The notes under the pieces: model-generated
What the model saw: only the letters and a program-made list of their open reading frames with translations
The model's database searches: none
Told to the model about the DNA's origin: nothing
Position numbers and translations under genes: made by a program
Part shown: one piece after another, positions 41,145 to 51,172 of the stretch
Layout: every line of letters starts with the position of its first letter
How positions within the stretch are numbered: the stretch's first letter is position 1
NCBI GenBank assembly: GCA_963847185.1
Contig: CAWJYV010000007.1
Span: 576,001 to 640,000 of the forward strand
DNA: 64,000 bases
Direction of reading: 5' to 3'
Source of the DNA: an uncultured Methanosarcinaceae archaeon
Lineage (GTDB): Archaea > Halobacteriota > Methanosarcinia > Methanosarcinales > Methanosarcinaceae

Positions 41145-41721
41145 AGTGTGCCCCCATTTAGAAGACTTATTCAATAAACTTCTAAACAATAGGTAAAAAT
41201 CTCTCTATCTATAAAAAACTTTTGTCAGATATTATATGATTGACATATATGATTAATTTATTTAGTTTATGGGATCTATATGTTAAAGTTATCTTTAACA
41301 AAAAATCGATATTAAGCTACTTTTTTTGAAAATTAGTTGCTGTTATGACTTAATATTAATCCTTGTATTCAATGAAAAAAATAAGAAAGTAATATAAACA
41401 TCAAATAACTATATTTACATATTTATCTAAATTATTAAAGGGAGTAAATGAGACATACCCAGGGGGCTTAAAAATATTAAAAATTTGATAAGAGTAACTA
41501 TCTACACGAAGAAAAACTCTCGGTATAAAATATAACTGATATTAAAGTAAATGCTATCAACTATTTATAAAAATTTATATATGTGCAGGAGCAAAAGACT
41601 GCATGATATCTTATATAAATAATATTTTAACAAACTATCTTATTAAAATAATTATTTTAAATCGTATTTGATTGCCTGTTAAAAATTATAATTTGATTCC
41701 AATTAAAAAGGAGTAATTCCT

Positions 41722-42705
41722 GTGTACGCATCAATTAATTTCTGTAATCTAATTAAAAAATTGGCTCTTATAATCGCTTCTCTTTCAATTGTGTCTTTAC
41801 TATCTATTTCTCCTGCAGTTGCAGCTGTCAACGGCTGGGAATTTTCCCCTCAAAAACCTGTCTCCGGGGATATTCTCAACATACAGGGAAGTGCTTCACC
41901 TGAAGAGTATATAGATGCATTCGTAACCTTTGAAAAAACGGTTTCTGTATCCGATGGGGAGTTTGAATACATTCTTGAAGACGTAAAAATCCCTGAAGGG
42001 ATGAACAATAGATTTACGGTCGAAGCCACTGGAGCTAAAAACCTCAATGTGAGGGTAAAAATGGTAGTCTGGGTGACAAAAAGCTCAGAGGCTTCAGGAG
42101 ACACTGCAATCGTATCCCAGTCAAGTGTTCCATCGGGAACGTATAAAATAAAGATCGATGGAGACGCAGGAGAAGGGGTTTCAAAAGTAAAACTGAAGAT
42201 CACGGCTTTTCAGAGTATAAAAGCTGATTCTAACGGTGAGTTTACCTACTCTTATTCTACAAAATCGATACCTTCCGGGGATTTTGATATCAAAGTGGGA
42301 GGAATCACAAAAACAGTAACTATTAAGTCTGAGGAAAATTCAGGGTCAACTTCGGATTCATCTTCTACAGATACTTCTTCCAAAGGCTCTACTTCCTCAG
42401 ATTCTTCCTTCGAAGACTCATCATCTGAAAAGTCGCCTTCCTCAAGTTCTATTCCCACAAACTCTTCTTCTGCAGATGTCGAGTCTCATGTGAATCTGGA
42501 TAATTCTGGAGTCATTCAAGAAAAGGGAACTTCTGAAGTTACAAATCAGAATGAGGATCTCGTAAATAAAGAAAATAAGACACAGCTTTCTGGAAAAAGT
42601 ACTCAGGCTTCGGGATCTTCTGGACAATCTACAGATAAACTCTATCTGCTCGCAGGAATGGGGGCAGGACTTCTGATCTTGATAATCTATTCAAGAAAGA
42701 AATAA
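41722..42705 (+). CDS. Exported protein with Ser-rich linker and C-terminal TM anchor (copy 1)
   Basis: Signal peptide ..ISPAVAA, beta-rich domain, tail TDKLYLLAGMGAGLLILIIYSRKK. Confidence 0.85.
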   Translation: MYASINFCNLIKKLALIIASLSIVSLLSISPAVAAVNGWEFSPQKPVSGDILNIQGSASPEEYIDAFVTFEKTVSVSDGEFEYILEDVKIPEGMNNRFTVEATGAKNLNVRVKMVVWVTKSSEASGDTAIVSQSSVPSGTYKIKIDGDAGEGVSKVKLKITAFQSIKADSNGEFTYSYSTKSIPSGDFDIKVGGITKTVTIKSEENSGSTSDSSSTDTSSKGSTSSDSSFEDSSSEKSPSSSSIPTNSSSADVESHVNLDNSGVIQEKGTSEVTNQNEDLVNKENKTQLSGKSTQASGSSGQSTDKLYLLAGMGAGLLILIIYSRKK

Positions 42706-42794
42706 AGTAAAAAAGGCAACAGGTGATTATAATGCAAGATAACTTGTTATCCTGATACAGAAGTGGGTTAAAATTCGACAAATAGAATGGAGGT

Positions 42795-44942
42795 ATGTAT
42801 TTGAAAAACAGTCTACTGATAGTTACACTCGGTATATTAATATTAACCTCTGCAACGGTAATGGCAGATGAAAATGTAGAAAATTCAAGCTATATTGGCA
42901 GTATAAATTTTACTGATAGAGTGGTTCATGTCCTTGACCATACAAACGATCCAGATGAAGGAAACTGGATTACAATGAACTGCTCTTTCAAACGGAAGGG
43001 GGTTCAGCTTCCCTCGCCAATAAGCCTTACATACACTGGCCCGAAATCTGTTGAATATGGTGGAGTTTCCGGGACCTTATACAAAGGAGAAAACGAAAGT
43101 TACACGGTGAGCTACCCTTCAGGGTCTTCTTATCTCACCCATCCAGTTTACCTGCCAGAGGAAAATGTAGAGATGTGTTTCTACGGGAATTCATCTTTAG
43201 AAGGAAATGTGAATATCTACCTGCTCAAATTAACTTCTGGTTCTGCATACGGAATCTTTGATGCTCTCAAAGCAGGAGAGACTGGGAATTTGAATAGCCT
43301 TTTCCATAGTAACATGGATGGAAGTTATAAGAAATATACTACTGTTCTTGGAGAAAATGGCGATTTACTAAATTATGATTTGGGGACACCTGATGCAGGA
43401 CAGTACTGTATAGTTATGACCAGGGAAAACGAAGACAATAGCCTGACAGTTCTTTCTGCAACGGTTTTTATAGTAGTGGAAGATGATCTGCTCGTTTCCG
43501 CTCCTGAATCTATAGTGAAAGGAGAAGACCTGGAAATAAGCATGGAGCTTGAAAATGCTTCCAATGAGAGTAACTGTACTTATGGAGCAGTGCTTATTAA
43601 TGAAGATGCATACAGGGCAGATGTGAGAATCAATTCAAACGGCACGAGAAACGGAACTTCTGTAATAATAAATGATATAGATCTTATTGATGAGTTTGAC
43701 ATTAATTCCTCTAATTATAAGTCAAAAATTTCCAGGAATGAAATCCAGACAGAGATCCAAACCATGATAGGAGAAGGAAATGGATCTCTAGCAATAGGGG
43801 AAAAAGGACAGAAAACATTGTCAATTACAGCCTTTGATTTGCCAGAAGGCAACTATTATCTCCTTGTTGGAGCATATACTCCAGGAAAGGGACTTGTAGG
43901 GCTTAATCAGGTTAAAGTTGAGATAAAATCAACGGATAATTCCAATGATGACGGCTCTGGAGGAGATGATGGTTCTGGAGGAGATGATGGCTCTGGAGGA
44001 GATGATGGCTCTGGAGGAGATGATGGCTCTGGAGGAGATGATGGCTCTGGAGGAGATGATGGCTCTGGAGGAGATGATGGCTCTGGAGGAGATGATGGCT
44101 CTGGAGGAGATGATGGCTCTGGAGGAGATGATGGCTCTGGAGGAGATGATGGCTCTGGAGGAGATGATGGCTCTGGAGGAGATGATGGCTCTGGAGGCAG
44201 TGGTAGCTCTGGAAGTAGCAGTAGTTCTGGAAGTGGTGGAAGCTCTGGAACCGGTGGCTCTCCTGAATCAGCTAAGAATATCAATTCAAAGGAACTCTGC
44301 CAGCAATATATTTCAAGTGGTAAGATAATAAGATTCGAGTTCACTAAGGGAAGTACCTGTGTTGACTATGTAGTATTTAAAGCAAAGAAAACTGCCGGAA
44401 AAACAACCACAATAGTCGAAGAGCTAAAAGGAAAGTCCATTTTAACTCCTGAAGAACCTGAAGGGGAAATCTACAAACATATAAATATTTGGGTTGGGAA
44501 CAGTGGATTTGCAAACTCAAACAACATTGAAAATGCAACTGTAGGTTTTAAGATTAGCAAGGATTGGATAGATGAAAACCACATCAATATAAACTCTTTA
44601 GTTCTTCAGCACTTCAGCGACAAAAAGTGGAACTCTCTTTCTACCAAGAAGGTTGACGAAGATGAAGAATATATCTACTTTGAAGCTGAAACTCCCAGTT
44701 TCTCCCCATTTGCAATCTCAGCCGAAAAGAATGTGGTAGTTATTGAGGAGAATGGAGGAAAAATTGAGGAGTCTTCAGACTTATCTTCAGAGGAGGAAAT
44801 CGGATCTACCAATGGGACTGATACTAATTCTCAGAAAAACAAAAATGATACAATTTCAAAAATTACAATTTTCTTTGCGGGATTAATCATTATTCTCGTT
44901 ATAGGTGCGATTATAATGAAGAAAAAGGAACCTGAGAATTAA
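42795..44942 (+). CDS. TIGR04279-type methanogen extracellular domain + (DDGSGG)14 linker + PGF-pre-PGF domain + TM anchor
   Basis: GNWI..LPSPISL.Y.G N-terminal domain; KKTAGKTTTIVEELK, NIWVGN and ETPSFSPFAI. Confidence 0.82.
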   Translation: MYLKNSLLIVTLGILILTSATVMADENVENSSYIGSINFTDRVVHVLDHTNDPDEGNWITMNCSFKRKGVQLPSPISLTYTGPKSVEYGGVSGTLYKGENESYTVSYPSGSSYLTHPVYLPEENVEMCFYGNSSLEGNVNIYLLKLTSGSAYGIFDALKAGETGNLNSLFHSNMDGSYKKYTTVLGENGDLLNYDLGTPDAGQYCIVMTRENEDNSLTVLSATVFIVVEDDLLVSAPESIVKGEDLEISMELENASNESNCTYGAVLINEDAYRADVRINSNGTRNGTSVIINDIDLIDEFDINSSNYKSKISRNEIQTEIQTMIGEGNGSLAIGEKGQKTLSITAFDLPEGNYYLLVGAYTPGKGLVGLNQVKVEIKSTDNSNDDGSGGDDGSGGDDGSGGDDGSGGDDGSGGDDGSGGDDGSGGDDGSGGDDGSGGDDGSGGDDGSGGDDGSGGDDGSGGDDGSGGSGSSGSSSSSGSGGSSGTGGSPESAKNINSKELCQQYISSGKIIRFEFTKGSTCVDYVVFKAKKTAGKTTTIVEELKGKSILTPEEPEGEIYKHINIWVGNSGFANSNNIENATVGFKISKDWIDENHININSLVLQHFSDKKWNSLSTKKVDEDEEYIYFEAETPSFSPFAISAEKNVVVIEENGGKIEESSDLSSEEEIGSTNGTDTNSQKNKNDTISKITIFFAGLIIILVIGAIIMKKKEPEN
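43947..44198 (+). repeat. 18-bp tandem repeat GATGATGGCTCTGGAGGA x14
   Basis: 252 bp, near-perfect units encoding DDGSGG. Confidence 0.95.
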
Positions 44943-44960
44943 AAGATAATGTAAAAGTTA

Positions 44961-44998
44961 AAACAGAAGACGGAAAGTCTTCTGTTTCCGCTTATTTT
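44961..44998 (+). terminator. Hairpin terminator after the first surface-protein operon
   Basis: AAACAGAAGAC-GGAAA-GTCTTCTGTTT; a related hairpin follows copy 2 near 50211-50235. Confidence 0.6.
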
Positions 44999-45495
44999 CG
45001 AAAATATCTTATGATAAGTGCCAAATTTTCTTCAAGCAGGATTAATTCTTTTACAAATTATAAAAGCAATCCTGTTTTTTACTTTTAAGCAGCTTTTACA
45101 ACCTTTGACAATCCTCGGTAGTTCCTATTAGTTGGTTGATGTTATTTCCAAAACACTTTTATGTAGTATCATATCTTTTTTTCGATTCAGTAAGTGATTC
45201 TGTGAGGTTATTAGACATGCTTTGATGCACAAAGCATAAGCATTTCTACCATTGGAAACTTAATCCTGAAAACATCAACCGGATAATGAGGGACGACCAG
45301 AGCTTAAAGATGTCCTCAATATTTTGTAAAACAGATTTTTCTTTTTTGTGAGACTTTTTGAGGGGAAGAGAAGTCAAGAGAAGAATCAGCAAACGTTTTC
45401 AGAACAGATCTTTAAAGCTGTATAATATAAAATGAAAACCGGCCAAGGCCGGCCACAAATTTGAAAAGCGAAAATAGTGTTCCGAAAATCCGGAA

Positions 45496-45744
45496 TCATA
45501 TAATATCTACAACACTGAACACTAGAATTGCTAAAAAACACACTAACAAAGGCATTAGTGCCATGTTAAACGAGCTGTTAAGGGAATTATTCCATTTTTT
45601 CGATGCTGAAAGAATCTCCTTCAAAGAAAGGAGAGCTATCAGCCCTACAACTACCGCAGCCCCATATTGTGGAAGGCCGGGACTCGTAATCATTGAAATT
45701 GCACTCGAAGATATTGCACTCGATGAAATGATACTCAATAACAT
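45496..45744 (-). CDS. Small 82-aa two-TM protein (copy 2)
   Basis: Near-identical to 40896-41144. Confidence 0.8.
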   Translation of the reverse strand: MLLSIISSSAISSSAISMITSPGLPQYGAAVVVGLIALLSLKEILSASKKWNNSLNSSFNMALMPLLVCFLAILVFSVVDII

Positions 45745-46308
45745 AGTGTGCCCCCTAATAGTAGACTTATTCTGTTTTTTATTATGTAAGTATAAGATAT
45801 GAACACTCTAATGTATAAAAAACTTTTGTAAGATTTTGGGCAATTGATACACAACGATAGTTTAAAAAGAATATGGGGAGCAAGAACATCGTCTAAAATA
45901 CATAATAATCAGGGAGCTCGATCACTTTGAGAAAATTAAGATATTTTTATGCAATCTAAAACTTATGACATATGACAGAAAATTCGAAAGTAATATAAAC
46001 ATCCTATAACATTGTTAAAATATTTACTCAGACTCTTGTGATGTTTAAACCTAGGTATCATAAGGAGGCTTAAAGAGATCCTAAATTAGTAGGTGAGCAA
46101 AAGTAAGAAACTATAGCAGTAGTGAGGACTCAGATAATACCTACTGAGAATAAACTCTGCATATCAAGAGTCAAGCGCGTGATTTGATAAATAACTGCAC
46201 ATTGTCAGGGGGAGGCAAAATGTCAGCACAACAATGTCCAAAGTTTGATTAAAAGTAGAACCGCAGTAAAAATTATAATTTGATTCCAATTAAAAAGGAG
46301 TAATTCCT

Positions 46309-47409
46309 GTGTACGCATCAATTAATTTCTGTAATCTAATTAAAAAATTGGCTCTTATAATCGCTTCTCTTTCAATTGTGTCTTTACTATCTATTTCTCC
46401 TGCAGTTGCAGCTGTCAACGGCTGGGAATTTTCCCCTCAAAAACCTGTTTCCGGGGATATTCTCAACATACAGGGAAGTGCTTCACCTGAAGAGGATGTA
46501 GATGCATTCGTAACCTTTGAAAAAACGGTTTCTGTATCCGGCGGGGAGTTTGAATACATTCTTGAAGACGTAAAAATCCCTGAAGGAATGGACAACAGAT
46601 TTACGGTCGAAGCCACTGGAGCTAAAAACCTCAATGTGAGGGTGAAAATAATAGTCTGGGTGACAAAAAGCTCAGAGGCTTCAGGAAATACTGCAATCGT
46701 ATCCCAGTCAAGTGTTCCATCGGGAACGTATAAAATAAAGATCGATGGAGATGCAGGAGAAGGTGTTTCAAAAGTAAAACTGAAGATCACGGCTTTTCAG
46801 GGTATAAAAGCTGATTCTAATGGTAAGTTTACCTACTCTTATTCCACAAAATCGATACCGTCCGGGGATTTTGATATCAAAGTGGGGGGAATCACAAAAA
46901 CAGTAACCATTAAGTCTAAAGAAAAGTCAGGAGCAACTTCAGGTTCTTCTTCAGATTCATCTTCTACAGATTCCTCTTCCACAAACTCTTCCTCAAATGG
47001 AGCTTTCTCAAACGAGACCTCCTCAAATGGAGCTTTCTCAAACGAGACCTCCTCAAATGGAGCTTTCTCAAACGAGACCTCCTCAAATGAAGCTTCCTCA
47101 AACGAGACCTCCTCAAATGAAACATCCTCAAATGAAAAATCTTCAAAAGAAACTTCTTCCTCAAGTTTTTCTGCGACAGAAACACAATCTCCTGTAAATT
47201 CAGGAAAATCTAAAGCAACTGAGGAAAAAGAGGATTCTGAAGTTACAACTCAAGATGGAAATCTTGTAGAAGAAGGAAATAATAAACAACTTTCCGGAAA
47301 AAATATCCCAGCTTCCGAATCTTCTGGACAATCTACAGATAAACTTTATCTGCTCGCAGGAATGGGGGCAGGACTTCTGATCCTGATAATCTATTCAAGA
47401 AAGAAATGA
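46309..47409 (+). CDS. Exported protein with sequon-rich linker and C-terminal TM anchor (copy 2)
   Basis: Paralog of 41722-42705 with identical tail; repeated NETSS units. Confidence 0.85.
   Translation: MYASINFCNLIKKLALIIASLSIVSLLSISPAVAAVNGWEFSPQKPVSGDILNIQGSASPEEDVDAFVTFEKTVSVSGGEFEYILEDVKIPEGMDNRFTVEATGAKNLNVRVKIIVWVTKSSEASGNTAIVSQSSVPSGTYKIKIDGDAGEGVSKVKLKITAFQGIKADSNGKFTYSYSTKSIPSGDFDIKVGGITKTVTIKSKEKSGATSGSSSDSSSTDSSSTNSSSNGAFSNETSSNGAFSNETSSNGAFSNETSSNEASSNETSSNETSSNEKSSKETSSSSFSATETQSPVNSGKSKATEEKEDSEVTTQDGNLVEEGNNKQLSGKNIPASESSGQSTDKLYLLAGMGAGLLILIIYSRKK
46990..47135 (+). repeat. 30/15-bp tandem repeats encoding SSNGAFSNET / NETSS
   Basis: TCCTCAAATGGAGCTTTCTCAAACGAGACC x3 plus degenerate units. 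Confidence 0.9.
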
Positions 47410-47547
47410 AGTCAAGAAAGAAACGATCAAGAAAGAAGTGAAATCAAGAAATAAATGAAGTAAAAACGGCAACAAGGTGATTATCATGCAAAAGTCTGCT
47501 ATCTTCAATCAGGATAGCTGAAAAAATTCGATAAACAGAGTGGAGGT

Positions 47548-50190
47548 ATGGACTTGAAAAAGAGTCTACTGATAATTGCATTATGTGTATTCATATCAGT
47601 CTCTGCAACAGCAATTGCAGGCAATGATAAAACAAACGTAAGTCCTATTGGTGATTTAAACTTTGCCGATAGGGTTGTTAATGTCCTTGATCACACGAGC
47701 GATCCAAACGGAGGAAACTGGATTACACTGGGAAAATACTCTGATTTAAGAAGAATCCAGCTTCCCTCTCCAATGAGTCTCACATATAACGGTCCTAAGC
47801 ATATTGAATACGGTGGAGCTTCCGGGACCCTATACAAAGGAGAAAATGAAATTTACACTGTAAGCTACCCATCAAGCTATTCTTACCGCACTCATCCAGT
47901 TTACCTGCCAGGGGAAAAAGTAAAAATGTCTTTTCATGGAGAGCGAGGCCTGGAGGGCGATGTGGATATCTACCTGTTTAACCTGACCTCAGATTCTGCA
48001 TACGGAATCTTTGATGCTCTCAAAGCAGGAGAGATAGGAAATTTGGATAGCCTTTTCCACAGCAATATGGACGGGAATTATAAGAAATATACTGCTGATC
48101 TTGGAGGAAATGGCGATTTATTAAACTATGATTTAGGATCGTTTGATGCAGGACAGTACTGTATAGTCATGATTCAGGAAAATGAGGACAGTAGTCTGAC
48201 AGTACTTTCTGCAACAGCTTTCGTAGTTACAGAATATGAACTGAAGATTTCAACTCCTGGGTACACAGGGTTCATAGTAAAGGGGAAGAATCTCGATATA
48301 AGTATGGACCTTAAGGATGCTTCTGATGAGGATGAATGCACTTATGGAGCAGTACTGATCAATGAAGATGCATATAAAGCAGACGTAATAATTAATTCCG
48401 ATGGCACAAGGAGTGGTAGTTCCCTAATAATAAATGATATAGATATCATTGATGAGTTTGATATTAACACCTCAAATTATAAATCCAAATTGACTAAAAA
48501 CGAACTTCAGGAAGAACTCCAGACTCTTATTGGGGAAGGAAAAGGCACTATAGCAGTAGGGGAAGCAGGCGATAGTACACTCTCGCTCACTACTCTTGAT
48601 CTGTCTGCTGGGACATATTACGTCTTTGTAGGGGCATATATTCCAGGAAAGGGACTTGTAGGGCTTAATCAGTTAGAAACCAGGATTTCAGGCAAGTGCT
48701 GTGACAATTGTGATAACTGTCATGGCAATTGCTGTGACGACTGTGCTAACTGCCCCGACTGTGACTATATTCCTGATAACAAGTGTTGTGGTAATTGTGA
48801 TAACTGTCATGGCAATTGCTGTAACGACTGTCCTAACTGCCCCTACTGTGACTATAACCACCCTGATGACGAGTGTTGTGACAATTGTGACGGCTGTCAC
48901 GACGGCAAATGCTGTGACGACTGTGATGACTGTGAGAACTGTAACCCCACCGTTGACTATGTTGTTGGTTTTATTGCCAGTCCAATGAGTGGTAAGGCTC
49001 CTCTTTGTGTCCAGTTCACTGACAAAAGCACAGGCTCACCAACAACATGGTATTGGGACTTTGGAGATGGAACCAACTCAACCGAGCAGAATCCTATACA
49101 TATTTTCACTGCAGCAGGCACTTACACTGTCAAGCTGACAGCAAGCTATGGAAATGTAAATATTTCAAAAACTGCCACAGTAACAATAATTGCGACGAAA
49201 CACAGTCCAAGTGACCTTGTTGCTGATTTTATTGCCAGTCCAATGAGTGGTAAGGCTCCTCTTTGTGTCCAGTTCACTGACAAAAGCACAGGCTCACCAA
49301 CAGCATGGTACTGGAACTTTGGAGATGGAGCCAGCTCAACCGCACAGAGTCCAGCACATACTTTCACTGCAGAAGGCACTTACACTGTCAATCTGACAGC
49401 AAGCAATGAAAATGGAACTTCCCCAACTCCAAAAACTGCTACAATAACTGTAAAGAAAGAGGGTGGCGGTGGCGGTGGCTCTGGAAGCGGCGGTAGCTCA
49501 GGAGGCAGTATTTCTCCTGAATCTTCTAAAAACATCAAGTGCAAGGAGCTCTGTCAGCAGTATATCTCAAGTGGTGAATTCATAAAGTTTGAGTTCAAAA
49601 AGGGAGACACCTGCATCAACTATGTGACATTTAAGGCAAAGAAAACTGCTGGAAAAACCACTGCAATTGTTGAAGAGTTAAAAGAAAAATCAAGTCTAAC
49701 TCCAGAAAAACCTGAAGGAGAGATATGCAAATACGTAAATATCTGGGTAGGAAACAGTGGCTTTGCAAATTCCAATAACATTGAAAATGCAACTGTTGGC
49801 TTTAAAGTAAGTAAGGACTGGATTGATAAAAATAACATCAATTTAGATTCATTAGTCCTTCAGCACTTCAATGACAAAAAGTGGAACCATCTTCCTACCA
49901 AGAAGATTGATGAAGATAAAGAGTATATCTACTTTGAATCTTCAACTCCCAGTTTCTCTCCATTCGCAATCTCAGCCGAAAAGAATAAAGTAACGATTGA
50001 GGGGAAAGACAGAGAAAATGATGTATGTTCAGGAGATGTGGCACAGGACGAAACCAAGTCAACCAGTGACACTACTTCCCAGGAAAACAAAAATCAAACA
50101 ATTTTGAAAATTACAACCTTCCTTGCAGGATTAATTATCATTCTCATTATAGGCGCAATTATAATGAGGAAAAAGAAACCTGAACAATAA
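47548..50190 (+). CDS. TIGR04279-type domain + Cys-rich repeat + 2 PKD domains + PGF-pre-PGF + TM anchor
   Basis: Paralog of 42795-44942; two WxFGDG PKD repeats; STPSFSPFAI. Confidence 0.85.
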   Translation: MDLKKSLLIIALCVFISVSATAIAGNDKTNVSPIGDLNFADRVVNVLDHTSDPNGGNWITLGKYSDLRRIQLPSPMSLTYNGPKHIEYGGASGTLYKGENEIYTVSYPSSYSYRTHPVYLPGEKVKMSFHGERGLEGDVDIYLFNLTSDSAYGIFDALKAGEIGNLDSLFHSNMDGNYKKYTADLGGNGDLLNYDLGSFDAGQYCIVMIQENEDSSLTVLSATAFVVTEYELKISTPGYTGFIVKGKNLDISMDLKDASDEDECTYGAVLINEDAYKADVIINSDGTRSGSSLIINDIDIIDEFDINTSNYKSKLTKNELQEELQTLIGEGKGTIAVGEAGDSTLSLTTLDLSAGTYYVFVGAYIPGKGLVGLNQLETRISGKCCDNCDNCHGNCCDDCANCPDCDYIPDNKCCGNCDNCHGNCCNDCPNCPYCDYNHPDDECCDNCDGCHDGKCCDDCDDCENCNPTVDYVVGFIASPMSGKAPLCVQFTDKSTGSPTTWYWDFGDGTNSTEQNPIHIFTAAGTYTVKLTASYGNVNISKTATVTIIATKHSPSDLVADFIASPMSGKAPLCVQFTDKSTGSPTAWYWNFGDGASSTAQSPAHTFTAEGTYTVNLTASNENGTSPTPKTATITVKKEGGGGGGSGSGGSSGGSISPESSKNIKCKELCQQYISSGEFIKFEFKKGDTCINYVTFKAKKTAGKTTAIVEELKEKSSLTPEKPEGEICKYVNIWVGNSGFANSNNIENATVGFKVSKDWIDKNNINLDSLVLQHFNDKKWNHLPTKKIDEDKEYIYFESSTPSFSPFAISAEKNKVTIEGKDRENDVCSGDVAQDETKSTSDTTSQENKNQTILKITTFLAGLIIILIIGAIIMRKKKPEQ
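48697..48942 (+). repeat. Three Cys-rich repeat units (9 Cys each, 87-90 bp period)
   Basis: CCxxCxxCHx(2-3)CCxxCxxCxxC x3. Confidence 0.9.
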
Positions 50191-50275
50191 GAAGGTATTG
50201 TAAAAGTAAAACAGGAGACATATTCTGTCTTCTGTAATTACCCTATTTTTGAAAGAAAACTGCTCTTATAACCTT

Positions 50276-51172
50276 TTAAATCAGACTCTTTAATCCTTCC
50301 TGAAGTTCAATCTCTCCTTTCCACCAGCTGGAAATTCTTGACACATCTGCTAGAGAGTCCTTAACATCACCTGCTCTTGGCGTGGCGTGTACGATCCTGC
50401 TGGAAGAGTCTGTCAACTTGATAATATTTTCGGCAAGTTCTAGGACTGTTACGCTTTTTCCCATAGCCACATTAAAGACCTGTCCATCTCCATGCTCAAG
50501 GGCTGCAGCGTTTGCCCTGACTACGTCTTTGATATGCACAAAGTCCCGACTCTGGAGGCCATCTCCGTAGATAACCAAATCCTTCCCCGCTTTTGCCCTC
50601 TCAAGGAAAATAGGAATCACAGCTGCGTATGGAGACTTCGGGTCCTGGCGGGGACCGTATACATTAAAGTAACGCAGGCATGTAGTCCGGAGCCCATGAG
50701 CCTCATAGAACATCCTTGCCAGATACTCTCCATCTAGTTTGGAAATTGCATAGGGGGAGGATGGTTCAGGATACATATCTTCGCGCTTTGGAAGAACCGG
50801 ATTGTTTCCGTAAACAGCAGCTGAGGATGCAGTTACGAATTTATCTACTCCGGCTTTAACGCAGGCCTGCAATACGTTAAGGGTTCCTAGAGTATTGATC
50901 CGGAAAGCTTCAGCCGGAACTTCACAACTCAGAGGTACAGATACAAGGGCAGCTTCATGAAAGACATAATCCATTCCCGAAGCCGTTTTTTCAACTAAAG
51001 AATAGTCACATATGTCTCCCTGAATGAACTCTACGTTTTTGTATTGAGGGATATTCCTTAGAAAACCCGTGACAAGATTATCCAGAATCCTGACTGTGTG
51101 TCCTGCTTCTGCAAAATACTCAGCTATATGGGAGCCTATGAAACCTGCTCCCCCTGTAACCAGCACTTTCAT
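50276..51172 (-). CDS. NAD-dependent nucleotide-sugar epimerase/dehydratase (extended SDR)
   Basis: GGAGFIGSH, SSAAVYG, YAISK and RYFNVYGPRQ. Confidence 0.92.
   Translation of the reverse strand: MKVLVTGGAGFIGSHIAEYFAEAGHTVRILDNLVTGFLRNIPQYKNVEFIQGDICDYSLVEKTASGMDYVFHEAALVSVPLSCEVPAEAFRINTLGTLNVLQACVKAGVDKFVTASSAAVYGNNPVLPKREDMYPEPSSPYAISKLDGEYLARMFYEAHGLRTTCLRYFNVYGPRQDPKSPYAAVIPIFLERAKAGKDLVIYGDGLQSRDFVHIKDVVRANAAALEHGDGQVFNVAMGKSVTVLELAENIIKLTDSSSRIVHATPRAGDVKDSLADVSRISSWWKGEIELQEGLKSLI

Noticed and set aside
40963-41196. Plus-strand ORFs duplicated at 45461-45802
   Set aside because: Antisense to the 82-aa TM genes; their similarity just reflects the duplication
43907-44344. ORFs encoding (PPEPSS)n and (MMALEE)n
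   Set aside because: Alternative-frame shadows of the 18-bp repeat inside 42795-44942
48688-48988. Thr/Val-rich ORFs on both strands
   Set aside because: Shadows of the Cys-rich repeat
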